A DNA stretch of 64,000 bases from Nemertoderma westbladi. Lineage: Eukaryota; Animalia; Xenacoelomorpha. The stretch is taken from the NCBI GenBank assembly GCA_032718475.1, contig JAUCBJ010001692.1:1-64000 (forward strand). Direction: 5' to 3'. Positions within the stretch are counted from its first letter, which is position 1, and every line of letters begins with the position of its first letter. The notes under the pieces are model-generated. The model did no database searches and was not told where the DNA came from. It saw only the letters and a list, made by a program, of their open reading frames with translations. This document shows positions 47,964 through 60,694 of the stretch, piece after piece. Made by a program: the position numbers and the translations under genes.

Positions 47964-50408
47964 TATATATACAGAAGAAATGGCTTTTTATGTCCACTAA
48001 AACACCTATACAGTAAGGAAACGGCTTTTTATGTCCGCTAAAACACCTACAGAGTACTTTGCGGGGAAAATAACCAGCTAATTCCGCAAAAGCCTTTACA
48101 AGTATTATTAAAATAAAAATGGTTTTTCAAAATTATATACTTTTCTTTTATACTATTCTTTGGAAATCTCAATAATATTTGGATCTTTAGAGCACTTTTT
48201 GTTTTCGTGACGTGGCATTTTATTTAATGAAAACAGTTAAAGTGAACCTACTACTGTAAACATTAAAAAACATATAAAAACATATAAATTTTTTAAAAAA
48301 TTTATAATTCCTAATAATACACCTTAAAATGTTAATCTGTTTTTGTTTTTGTAAAGTGCTTTTTTTTTGCAAAACTATAGCTAATATGACATAGAACATT
48401 AAAAAAAAAATAAAGTATCGAAAACTAGCTACAGTACTATGTACAAAAATATCCCGGTCATGGGTACACATACTGTAGTAGTGCCCAATGAAGGAGTAAT
48501 TGTATCAAATGTGAATTTTTAGAACTCTCCTCATATTATCAGGTCTCAATCTTTAAAATCGATTCCAGATTTACTATACAGTACCTAACTACCTCCTACG
48601 TATGCTAGGCATCTGTACACTTGTCGCTGTCTTACGGGATCATACCTTTCGGCAACAATTCTGTAATAAGTTCTAAACAAAGTGGTTGTGAATTGTAACC
48701 ATGGTAGCTAGTGGATGGAACCTATTAATATGCGAATATTTTATATTTTATTATTATATTCTAATTGATTGGCCGTAACTAAGCTACCAAAAGCGGGATA
48801 GGATTAATAACTGGTTATTTTCCCTAGGGCGAATTCGGATATTTTTTTACATAGACCACCATTGTATTGTTATTTTAAACAGTTTGTAATGGGGAATAAC
48901 TGTTTATAAGTTCCGTGGTGTTATCGAAATTACCATTGCTAAAGTGTTGCTAACAGTGTGTTGAACGCACTGTATTGAATAGGCCCACTACTGTATATTG
49001 CAGGGGACAGTGGGTTTCACCACACAAGGCACAAGGCAACTGCTGAAATAAACAAATATGTCGTCCATCTTTAATACTCAAGGTGAGCCTTGAAATTTCA
49101 AATTTCACCTTGACTAAGTATTGCTTTGAATTACCCGCTTGACTGAAACTCAAAAAAATCTTAATCAAGGTAAAACTTGAGTTTCAAGGTGACATTGAAG
49201 TGTATTTCAAGGTAAATCTCAAAATTTTGTGAGTTACTCGGCCCTGGTGTATTTATAAGATAGCTACTGTTGTTAAAAATAGATGAGGATTTGTCAAGGC
49301 TTTTACGGGAGGCTGACCTACAGATGCCGTTATGTTCTGTCTGTAATTCTTATGAGTGTTATCAAGTGCCTTGGGGTACCTGCCATACAGCAGGAACACT
49401 CACGAATGTGTGGGGGTATATATATATTATCTAATATATATATCTAAGTGAGTGTACAACTAATTACTGTAAGTATAAAGCTTCGGGGCTTATAAACTGC
49501 TTCAAGGGGGGTGATAGTTACGTGTAAACCGTTCCGTTATATTGTGTTGTTGGCGAGTAAAAATTAAATTAAATTGCATACAGCAAGCTACACTGCATGC
49601 AACAAGTTACTATGCACACAGCAAGATGAAATACTACGAGTCCTGCAAATTACAATGACTCGCAACAGGCTTAATAAGATGTTAAGGTTACGCCTGGAAA
49701 TAATGGGTGAATATCAACTATATAAATAAGTGATACAACAAAAATAGAACAGCCAATAGGAAGCAAGAATGCTTGCTCCCGTAGTTACCAATGAGAGTTC
49801 ATTCAGTATTACCACAACTGCTGCTAGGCAACATGTAAACAAGGTTCATGGTGTTATACAACACGAATTAGGCATAAATGTTATACGCACAGGAATTGAA
49901 TGATTATCTGGTAAAAATATTAGATTTCGATATGCAGTTAGCCCGTGCAGCAAAACCGTTCCTTAAAATTACGAACAAGTTCAACAATCATTCTATGATT
50001 AACACAATATTGAGTTTTTTCTGAAATTTGCATTGAAAAGGCATATACAATCTTTCAACAATCAAAGGTGACGTTGATATCAAATACTCGCTACATACAA
50101 TTAAATGTGATAAACAATCTAACTAAAATTAAACGAAATTAATTAAGGGTAGATCAACTTCCTCATATAAAGTAATAAAGTTTGTTGAGTCACTTCCGGT
50201 AAACTAAATAAGTATTAAACAACCTTTCAAACAATATTAGAGTTTAATATGTTTACAAGTATGGGAAGTAGGTGAATTAATCGACGTAAGGAGGTAAATA
50301 TTGAGTCATATTATCCTTCAAATAATAAAATACATAAATTCAACCAATACATTGAGTTTCATTCTTACAATAGGAAATACATATTGTTTATTATTTACAA
50401 ATATGATA

Positions 50409-51577
50409 TGTTCGCGCTTTTAGACCTTTAGCAGTTTAACCTGCCAATTTTAGTTGTCCTCTTGTTTATAAATCGACTTTAGCCTATATCGATTATTTAG
50501 TGTACTGAAGTTACATTAGCCGAAGCCAGTCTGTGCGCGATCATTCACCCACAGTTAAGGGAGACTGGATTCGGGTGCTTTGAAAGTTATTGCAATGTAG
50601 ACCCACTGTATTATTCGATTGATCGTTACTATATAATCTCTGACAATATATTTACTTTCGGGGAAATATTAACAGTTCCTTTAGGATGTGGCGCTTTAAG
50701 TATAAAAACAGAGTTATGACTTATACTAATCACAACGAGATGGCCACAGAGTTTCGTAAATAGCGCATTCTTTAGGAGATGCTTTATTATCTGTCACACT
50801 ACTTCACACGACTTCACACTACTTCACACTACTGCGCACTAATCTGCCGACCGTCACTGAATTTGATCACATATAAGGAGGATTACAACTGACACAAGTA
50901 GGGATTATGAAATAGAATTTAATTCACACAAAAACCACTATAATGTAAGTCGCAATTGCTACCGGTAACCTGTTCCTCTTACCTTCAGTAATCAAGAAGA
51001 TTGGGGGTTTTATGATTATTTATCGGTATTCTCCAAATATATCATCAATATACATCAATATAACAACAATTAATAACAGACCGTAAACAGAAGTAAAATA
51101 ATGCGGTGAACAGTCAGTATGTGTTACGTAATGCATTGAGTTCAGTAATGAGATAGGTGAGATTGGATTGATAATAGATTTACGTTCTTATAATCAAAGC
51201 CATCTAATGTTTAGGCCAAAGTCTGAAACTTCCAAAACAGAAGTACAGAAGATTCCAAGCCGGTTCTGAGGCTCAGAAAGGTAAACAAAGACCGTAATGC
51301 ATTGTGCGGGTTTCCATAGGCCCCTGTCCAACATAAAGTGAAAATCGCTCTGATTGGCTGAATAGGCAGAACAAAGAGGTTCCACGTCTACAGGAAATCA
51401 GCTGACAGATTTCGTCATCTGAGCTCCAATCTCTTCCCGTCACGTAGGGGAACAAATTCATGGCTATTTTTAGAGTATTCTGCGCATTGCGGCAAAAATG
51501 ACTTGTTATGTCCGCAAAAGCACCTACACTGCGCATTGCGGGAAAAATGACTTGTTATGTCCGCAAAAGCTTTTACA
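50409..51577 (-). mobile_element. Solo LTR (C) of the same BEL lineage
   Basis: tgttcgcgcttttagacc...aaaagcttttaca, 1169 bp, 5-bp TSD TGATA (50404-50408 / 51578-51582). Confidence 0.92.
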
Positions 51578-51761
51578 TGATAGTTAAATAACGTACTTAA
51601 CGGTTGACGAACGAGTACAGTGATTTTATAAAGATTGACAGGCTAACTGGTAGTAATCTTATATCATCGCTTCCGCTTGGGATGCTTGGGTGTACTTTGC
51701 ATAAATAGTCGTTTCCTCTTCCTCACAGGCGTTTGGGGCGCGGGTAACGTCATGTCATTGC

Positions 51762-52551
51762 TGTAAAAGCTTTTGCAGACAAAATAAGTCATTTTGCGCA
51801 ATGCGCTAAATACTCTAAAAGGACTTATAATTGTACAACTGTCAAAAAACCCAGAGTTGTAATGACGAAATCTACCAGCTGTTCCTTTGTGTGAGAACGC
51901 TCCTTGTTGACATATATTTTTAACCAATCAGAGCGATTTTGCCTTCTCTGTTTACAGTGGCCTACGGAAGATGACGCAATGCGGCAGTTTTCCGAGAATT
52001 CATGCTTGATTCAGGATTCATTCGGACGTTCTGACTTTCAGACTTTGCCCTAACATCAGAGGCTAGAGTTATAAGAACGCAAATCTATTAACTCAATTCA
52101 TACCATCGTATCACATCGAAACATATTGCATATCACTCGACATATCACATACTCTTTTCACCGCACTGCTTTCTAATATACTGTTTTATATTATTGTTAA
52201 TTGTTGTTTATATTAATGGATGTTATATTTGGAGAATACTGATGGATAATCGTAAAATCCCCCTTGACTTTCTTAATATACTGAGGTAAGCATAAGGGTG
52301 TATCAGTAGCAATTGTGGCTCAATTTATACTGGTTTTTGTGTGATATAAATGCTATTTCATAATCCCAACGTACGTGAGTTGCAATCCTCCTTATATGTG
52401 ATCAAATCAGTGACAGTCGGCAAATCAGTATGCATTAGTGTGTATTAGTGTGAAGGTTAATAAAGCATTCCTAAAGAATGCGCCATTTGCGATACCTTAT
52501 TGCCTCTAGTTGTGATTAGTGTAAGTCATAACTCTGTTTGATACTTAAAGC
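51762..52551 (+). mobile_element. Truncated LTR (D) of the same BEL lineage
   Basis: Starts tgtaaaagcttttgc, contains accaatcagagcg and stays colinear with the A LTR up to gtcataactctgttt. Confidence 0.85.
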
Positions 52552-52592
52552 AGGAATTCGACGGGTCTCGTTGCGCCCGAGTCGACAGCCGG

Positions 52593-54383
52593 TCAACGGA
52601 TCTCTAAACCTGGAGTAGCAGCTAAGCGCTTCCACACAGCAGCTTGCACTGGTCCAGAGGGGACAGTTTGGGTAACGACACCAAACGGGGTGAGCACGAC
52701 AGAGGCGGCTACTGAAGTCGCTTCTAGATGGATTGGTTCATCCGTTTGGTTGGGGGCATCCATAACGTCATTTTGTATTTGTCCAACCGAGAAACCAGGT
52801 TTAATAATGTGCCTCTCGATCACCGATTGATGGAGATTGGAAATACATACATCTCGGAATATAGCAAAGCCACCACTGGCTAAAAAGACGCACCCTGAAG
52901 AGACCCACTGTCAAGCTTCATTCCTAGCCATTTGTCTGATGAGGTCGGTTTGGACTGCTGAAGAATTCAATAAAAGGTCGGTTAGATATGAGCTTTGATC
53001 GTTCTGATGCACTGTGTTCTCGGCATGAATACCGCTCACATCAGAGGCATATTTCAGAATTTTTACACCCTGCAACGCCGCTTGTGAGTCGACCTTTTTA
53101 TTTGTTAGGGTGATATGGTCTTGCATTAAAGCCACTTGTTGCTCTAAATCGTCATTTCTTTGTAATAAAGAATCAATGATTTCTTTAGAGTCGTCGTTGC
53201 TCTGAGGTGGTCGGGATTGCCTGATATTTTGTACATAATGGTGGACGTTATGTAGGCTGGGATCTAACGGGGGTGCATATGCATCTAAAGGTGAAGTAGG
53301 GTCACCTTGGGGGAACGCCTCACCTGGGATGTCTGGCACAAACCTGACTCCACTTCTGGGGTAGGCTTCCCCTTGCCCTTTAGGGGGGACTGATATCCGT
53401 CCGCCGGATGACAATGGTCCTGGATGCCGGGTCCCCACTGGCGCCGACGTTGTTGCGGCTAAGTGGGCCGATCCGGGGGCCAGGTGCCTGTCATCCGGCT
53501 GATTTTGATGGTTATAATATATCGTCGAGCGGGGATTTACTTCATCCATAGACGTCCAATTATTATTGTTTCCTCCTTCATTACTATGGGGTAACGCATG
53601 TGGAACCTTGGGATTTGCTGCCAAACTGGTGATTGGGGATATTCCAGTGCCAAATGACATTCTTCCATCCTTTGTCCTGGCCAAGGTACTAGACAAGTAG
53701 TTAGGTTTGGGGGGTTCTAGACAAGCTCTCCAAGAGGTATGGTTTGAGATTGGGGCTTCACTGGGTATCCATTTAGTTATAAGTTGGGCCCCTACTGGTG
53801 GTACAACATCTCTATTGCGGTAGGGGGTTGCTGTCATGGTCGAGTGGGGAACTACTACTGGGTCGATCGACTCGGCTGATACACCGCACAATAGGGGCGC
53901 AACCATCTGAGGTGGCTCCCGTTCCCGTGGATCTATGCGTTGTATCTGCATCATAGGCGATCGCTCATCCCGACATCTTCCTCCTGAACTTCTTGGCCTC
54001 CTCTCCTCGTCCGGCGTGGTACCATCAGCCCCACCGTTCCCATTCCGGTGGGATGCTTGCCACCTGTAGCCGTTGGTTGTCTGGCGACTCTGGTACTTCT
54101 TTCGCCGCTCCTGTCCTGTGCCGTCTCGTATCTCTCCTCTCCTTGTACTCGTCCACCCTCCTCAGTGTCAACCGAACCGTCTCTCCTCTGTGAATCCAGT
54201 GTGGCAGGATGGTTCCGCCTTATCGCCGCCTCCCGAATCGTTTGGTCTCTGTCGCTCGGGGTGAGCGGTTGGTCAACTTCCTCCCTTCTCCGAACCTTGG
54301 GGTGTTCCTGTTTGTTCACTCATCTTGCTGTTGGCGTGTCATCGTCACAGCTAATCTCATTGATGTTAGAGTCTAGTTTTTAA
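52593..54383 (-). pseudogene. Divergent BEL gag fragment
   Basis: ORF 52911-53954 ends LIRQMARNEA, matching FTRQMARTEA in A/B gag; Pro-rich plus coiled-coil composition. Confidence 0.5.
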
Positions 54384-54699
54384 CTGTGACGGGATCCCCT
54401 AGTTGGCGAGGGAATCCCGACCGGTTTTTGTCGTGGTTTTGATATGCGTCGCCGTGTGCTACTGTGACTGAAGGCTTTGGGGCTGAAAGGCCGGTAGAAT
54501 AAATGAGTTAATAGCTGAATATTGATCTTGATATAATGTCCAATGTATAACTGTATAACTACCGGTAATACAGCACAATAATAGCAGTAATGGCGATGGT
54601 TGAAAACCGCCTGACTTCAGCACTCTACATAGCTAACTTAAGGCATAATTAATATGGGTAACGGTTATATTATTATTACACACAGTATACTCCTAGCTA

Positions 54700-54970
54700 C
54701 TTTGGCCTAGCCAATGAATGCGCGCTTAATTGATTGTAATTCGTCCCACCATTGGGTGATCTATCTATCCTGGGCCAATATGCTAGCTTCTGCCCTGAGA
54801 TGAGCTGGCATATCTCCCTGTGGCTGGCAATGTGTATTGCCCCGGTATGTCGGTATGTGATATTATATTGCTAATATCACATAGCTGAACATAATTGGTA
54901 AATCGTGACTTTCCCTATTTTCCGCTGGGTGGTGCAGCGAATTGGATCCGCTAACATCCTTGAACCATTC
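54700..54970 (+). mobile_element. LTR 3' end of a different BEL-like family followed by a degenerate PBS
   Basis: gggtggtgcagcgaattggatccgctaaca resembles 59701-59730; it is followed by tccttgaacc. The left boundary is approximate. Confidence 0.4.
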
Positions 54971-55079
54971 CATTTATGTCAACAGCTTCTTTATTCATAT
55001 TAATCATTCATGATGCCCTACATGTATAGTCATCCTTTAATGTAACACAAGAGACCCATCATACTCCAGAAATAGTATA

Positions 55080-56641
55080 TTTAAACTGGAATAAAAGCTG
55101 TGTTGTTTCTGTTATAAAAAAAATGCTGTAAAATCGCAAAGCATTTTCACAAGTCGTCAAAGGATTCCAGTGAATTCCAAAATGTATTAAGGAAAATGGA
55201 TTGAAGGTGTACGAATTTATTCGGGATATTGAAACACGGTGGAATAGCGCATATAATATGATTCAGCGACAACTCACTCTTCATGATGGTTATACGAAAT
55301 GACTATCAACGACAAAATCTGAGTTTGATGTTGTTCTCACTGGGCATGAGTGAGTATATGTTGTTGGATAAATTAGCTGGTAAGTTAAACTTGACACTTT
55401 CGTATTTCGTAGGTCTTCGCGCAGGACTAAGTAAGTAAGCTTAGCATATGGGTACCACTATTTCAACTCTTACATATTCGCCCTCTTGCGGGAGACTGGA
55501 GAACTGCTGAGAACTTCCACTTAAATTTTTATTTCAGATTTGGGGGGGGGGGGGGGGGTGGGGGGGGGGGTCATAAAGTATGTCACACAAATTTTCCCGA
55601 TTTTTGACCCCCCCCCCCACCCGCTCTGTCACAAAGTATCACGCAAGCTCGCACCACCCCCCCCTCACCCTCCCAGTGCGTGAAATACTTTATGAACGCC
55701 TCCATTTCGACAGACTACTGTATTAAGTTTGGTTTAATTTCATCAAATTTAGATAAATTCATTAGAAATTCAAACAAAAACATTCAAACATTAGGCAACA
55801 GACAGACTGACCGACAACAGTTGTTACAGCAGTACACATACTGTATGCTAAGCTCGCTTACTTTTTCGCTCGCCCCACATAGCCTTTCAGACTCAAACAG
55901 AGTTTATGTTCTAGAATAGTATATAATATTTATATTTTGTACTAGGACTCTAGGTTGTTGCCATAGTAAGAATTACAGAAAAAATATACAGAAAATTCTG
56001 ATAATTTTGATATTATTATTCCTTTCAGAAATTCTTAAACCAGTGAAGGAGATGTCGGAGGCACTGAGTCACAACAATGCCACATTAGCAGACGAATATG
56101 TGCTCAGTAAGGCACTGATACAAACCTTATCAAACTATAATGATCGCACATTTGTAGTTTTAATGACAAATTCCATTCTTTCTTCAATCACTCGACGATT
56201 TGGCGAGCTGAACAAGAAAAAACTAGTTCTTGTTACCACGTTATTGGACCCGCGTCGTAAATTAAAATGGTTTGCAGATGACGACACCAAAAAGAAAGCA
56301 ACGGACGCAGCTCGGGAATATATACAGTATGTGAACTTATTACTACATGTGCGCCTGATAGTTTGCGTATGAGCGGTAAACGCGTTCACGTTAACGATAA
56401 GAGCGACGAACCTCCTATAAAAATAATACGCGTTGGGGATTCGCAACGAGGTAGTCTCCAAGATATCGTCGATGAACTGGACGACAGTGACACTGACAAG
56501 GTAGTTATTACTTCCGGGCCAGATGCAGACACAACTTCAGCTATAGTCGAATTAGACACGTATTTATCTGATAAACGAGTGGATTGGTTAATTACTGATA
56601 TTTCAAAGTGGTGGCTTCAAAATAAGTCTTTAATAATATAA
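55080..56641 (+). pseudogene. hAT transposase remnant (Ac/ZBED-like)
   Basis: IAKHFHKS..IRDIETRWNSAYNMIQR (about 55135-55270); ILKPVKEMSEALS..LLDPRRK (56007-56372); ELDTYL..KWWLQN, start of the hATC dimerisation domain. Confidence 0.85.
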
Positions 56642-56900
56642 GTGCTTTATGATGCTTTAAGTGCTTTACAAAATAAGTGCTTTATGAACTGTCGCGAATG
56701 CCTACCAACGCGTGCTCCATAACATATCATATATTCTTGATTTCCATCACCTATACATCTAATTATTATTAGTAATTAAAAGTTTCAATTCGGTTTGTCT
56801 TTCCGTTATCTGGTTATTCAGTTATTGCATTATTAATAAATAAATGTTTTAAAATATATCTTACGATTACGAAATATGGTTAATAATTAAAACTTGTCGC

Positions 56901-57440
56901 TAACATTCTCGCTATGGGGGTTTTAAGGAGTGCTGGTTACATTTCTGATGTCAGTTTTCACGTTTACATAAATATAGTCTGTCTGTCTGTCGGTCATTCT
57001 GTCAGTCAGTCTGTCAAAACATAAAAGAGAATTCAAATTAACTAACATTCTCGCTATGGGGGTTTTAAGGGGTGCTGATTTCATTTCTGATGTCAGTTTT
57101 CAGGTTTACATAAATCTAGTCTGTCTGTTTGTCGGTCTTTCTGTCAGTCAGTCAGTCATTCAAAACTTAAAAAAGAATACAAACTAACTAACATTCTCGT
57201 TATGGGGGTTTTAAGGAGTGCTGATTACATTTCTGATGTCAGTTTTCACGTTTACATAAATCTAGTCTGTCTGTCTGTCGGTCTTTCTGTCAGTCAGTCT
57301 GTGAAAACTTAAGAAAGTATACTAACTAACCAACATTCTTGCTATGGGGGTTTTAAGGGTTGCTGATTTCATTTCTGATGTCAGTTTACACGTTTACATA
57401 AATCTAGTCTGTCTGTCTGTCGGTCTCTCTGTCAGTCTGA
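56901..57440 (+). repeat. Tandem repeat, ~143-bp unit, ~3.7 copies
   Basis: aacattctcgctatgggggttttaagg..ctgatgtcagtttt..gtctgtctgtc recurs at about 56901, 57043, 57189 and 57332. Confidence 0.9.
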
Positions 57441-58620
57441 ACTACTGTACTGTGGTTGGCATTACGCCATATACCTAACACTAATAATACAGTCTACAAT
57501 ACAGCCTATCTACAGTACAGAATGGATTTTTTGCCATGAAGATCAATAAATGTCATTAATACTATCAACCAGTATACCTACTCCAAGAGTCTTCCAATAA
57601 AACATGTATTCCAGCATGACGTCCACTGCACGTCTTCGTGCTGTCCATGGTGACGTGCAGTGGACGTCATTGGCTCTAAGGGGTTAAGCAACACGGTCCC
57701 TACTTTGCCCTGTCGACACCCCAGCCATTTTTCACCAACCCTTTTTTAGAGTTTTTTAATTTTTTTGGTATTGGTCAAAGTTCTACAACATTAGTAGATG
57801 TTTTTTTATGATAGCTAGTGTTTTTTTGCTAGCTAGTATTTTTTGAAATTATAAAAAATGTGAAAGTCCATGATATTTCAGGTTAAACTGTTGAATAATA
57901 TATTAATGACCAAAATAATTTCCAAAAATTACTAGCTAGTAAAAAATACTAGCTATATACCATAAAAAATCTACTAAGGTTCTAGAACATTCACTAATAT
58001 TTAAAAGCATTCAAAATCACAAAAAAAATAAAGGTTAAAAAACTCATTCGGGACCCTTTTGCTTGCTTAAGGAGTCAAAATTGTAGAACAAATTCCCGAA
58101 GTTTGCGACGTTTGCGAAATTCGCGAAGAATCCGTCAGTTTCTGTGCCCTAATGGGTTCGTGCCGAAACAATCAAATCTTACACACTTAACACACACGAA
58201 CTAATTCAATGTGTGTATTAGTATGCCTGAATAATTAAATAGAAATTAAATTAATGAACGCTATTTCAACATGAAATCTACGGAATCAATACACAACACA
58301 CGCACACCACTGTATTTAAAAATTTATATAGAGTGCAACCATGGAATACAAAATATACATATGTATATTTAGTATTCCATGGTGCAACTTATATTTGGCT
58401 ACCTTTTAGGCCTAATGGGTGACTAATTTAATTATTCACCCCTATATATTTGTAGCCTTTTTAATTTGTTCCTCTAATTGAATCAAACATTAAACTAAAA
58501 TATATGTCACAATATTGGTCTGTCGGTAGCTGGTCAATGAATCTCTCATAAATTTGTTAATTAGTCGCTGCTCAATCATTGAACATTTGAACATGTGCTG
58601 CTCGAAGACCCCACAACGTG

Positions 58621-58837
58621 TATTCCTATACTGCTTACCTACCATGTTGTTATGTACTCCTATACTGCTTACCTACCATGTTGTTATGTATTCCTATACT
58701 GCTTACCTACCGTGTTGTTATGTATTCCTATACTGCTTACCTACCGTGTTGTTATGTATTCCTATACTGCTTACCTACCATGTTGTTATGTATTCCTATA
58801 CTGCTTACCTACCGTGTTGTTATGTATTCCTATACTG
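58621..58837 (+). repeat. 34-bp minisatellite, ~6.4 copies, probably inside an LTR
   Basis: tattcctatactgcttacctacc(a/g)tgttgttatg repeated without spacers. Confidence 0.92.
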
Positions 58838-58899
58838 GTGCTATTATGTTGCTTGCATTGTTGCTATTACCAAATCAATTATTGAACTTTCTGACATTT

Positions 58900-59570
58900 T
58901 GATATAAACTTATTGTTTTCATTATTTAATTGGAAAGGGGTATTTGGGCTGGAACATTCTTCGAACCAGATAACAAAAAAATGCCGAATGGAACAGATGC
59001 GAAAAGGAAATAATTAGGCCTACTGCCTTATATCGCCTTGGCAATCTACTAGACCTACCCAGCCTTCCGGTACCTGCCAAACTATGTCACTGCCTGGATC
59101 CCGTACTCGGAATTGTGGGGGTAAGCCAGCCATTGGTGATGATAATGAGATTCGACGTCGAATTGAATTTCTGAAGAGAAACCGTACTACTGAGCGAACA
59201 AAGGCCCAAAAGTTAATAACAGATATTAAGGATCTCTGGGATCAAAGCGAGGAGGATATCGATGCTGATGAACTGGCTTACAATATTGAGGTTGCTGAGC
59301 AATACCATAAAAACTTAAATACTATTGACTATGAATTAATAGACTTCCTCCTATGACTGTGACCTCCATAAGGCTATTTTCAAATCAACCTGTGTGTTAA
59401 ATCGTGTGGAACGAGCAGAACAACACCCCCACTCTACAACCAGTGAGAAATCCCAAAGTGATTCTGGTGGAGGAGCAGGAACCAAATGTTTACCAAAAAT
59501 ATCTGTACCAACTTTTGATGGTGACTTCTTGCTTTGGCGCCCATTCTGGGACTCTCTCCAGGAGGTTTAA
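58900..59570 (+). mobile_element. Fragment of another BEL family: LTR end, tRNA-Tyr-like PBS and gag N-terminus
   Basis: ..gggctggaaca|ttcttcgaaccaga; ORF 59084-59356, then LPKISVPTFDGDFLLWRPFWDSLQE (BEL gag motif) at about 59490-59565. Confidence 0.7.
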
Positions 59571-60694
59571 CCTCTGACCTCCCTTTGTGTGGCTGTTTGG
59601 GGTTTGTTGTCCCCGTTATTGGTTGTGTGATACGAGGTTAATGGTGATTAACCTCGTATCCCCAATATTGCTAAAAGGGGCGCCGTTTCCCAACTTTATG
59701 GGGTGGTGAGCGGAATTGAATCCGCTCACATTTATTTTATTATAAATTATATTTATTTTTATTTATTATTTATTATATTTTTATAGTATAAATTTAGGCC
59801 CCCTATAATATCTACGTAGGCAAAAAATGAACAAAACAAGTAACCAGCACTTTTCGGTTTGAACAGAACCTTTTTAATTCACTTAAACGATGCTAGAAAT
59901 TCGCATTTATAGGTTTTATGGGTTGCTGATTCTAATGGAATACATTTCTAATTTACCAGATCATTGCTACACGTATTTTTTGGTGCATTAGGGCAAATTT
60001 TGGTGCTAGCACCAAATTTCGTACCCATCATTAAAAATTACAAGTTTGAGATGTCCAATGCTGTTTTTATGGATTTCATCGGATTCAGGACCCTCATAAA
60101 CCCGTATAACGCAAGAAACAAGATGATACTATCTATTGATCAATTTACTTACTTTCAAAATTTTGGTGCTGGCACAATAATTTTCATACACCGACGAAAA
60201 ATACAAGTTTGAAAACTCTTATGCAATTTTTACTTATTCCATTGAACTCAGAACCCTCAAATAATATATAGGAATAAATAGTAAATAAATATATAGATTA
60301 ATATATAATGATTAGGTTAGTGTTATGACGTGTTAATAGGTTAATGAATAGTGTTAAGTAGGGTTTACCGGTGACCGGTACACATTTTTAATATTCAAGT
60401 AGACTACTACCAATTATCACTGTTAGTGTTATTTAAAATCTAATCTGTAGGTGTTACTGTAATCAATACAGATTGGAATGCAGTATTGCTGCTGGAAATA
60501 CTGCTAGAAACAGCATTTTATCAATTTTCATAATCATGAATTAAATTAATTATAGTGTCAAAAGACGCGCAAGACACACTGCTTTCAATTGATATAAGCC
60601 GCGTGTGAAATAATTGAGATTAAATGTGTATTTGAATCGATCGAAAATCACCCTCCATAGAAAACAATATAAGAAATTATCGGAGCACTGCGTA

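Larger units (their letters stand above)
17669..48100 (-). mobile_element. BEL/Pao LTR retrotransposon B (full domain set, multiple frameshifts), interrupted by element A and a DNA transposon
   Basis: TG..CA LTRs, 5-bp TSD AGTAT (17664-17668 / 48101-48105), domain order gag-PR-RT-RH-IN and PPT at 31514-31531. Confidence 0.95.
44834..48100 (-). repeat. Element B 5' LTR, interrupted by a 2-kb DNA transposon
   Basis: tgttcgcgc... to ...agcctttaca; matches the split 3' LTR. Confidence 0.95.
12242..48472. mobile_element. Putative outer AT-rich inverted-repeat element hosting the nested CRE/LINE/BEL stack
   Basis: tatgtgtacccatgacc at 12242 and its exact reverse complement ggtcatgggtacacata at 48456-48472; related AT-rich units at about 12410-12500 and 17570-17662. 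Confidence 0.45.

Noticed and set aside
17669-48100. DIRS-like element with inverted or split terminal repeats
   Set aside because: The inverted arrangement is fully explained by two nested BEL elements, each with its own 5-bp TSD; a DDE integrase is present and no tyrosine recombinase is seen
58621-58837. 34-bp repeats of CRISPR-like length
   Set aside because: They are head-to-tail with no unique spacers, there are no cas genes and the context is eukaryotic. The overlapping ORFs are repeat artefacts.
59706-59730. lac-operator-like gtgagcgga..tccgctcaca (possible vector contamination)
   Set aside because: No other vector sequence is present, and it matches the LTR-end hairpin also seen at about 54935-54956
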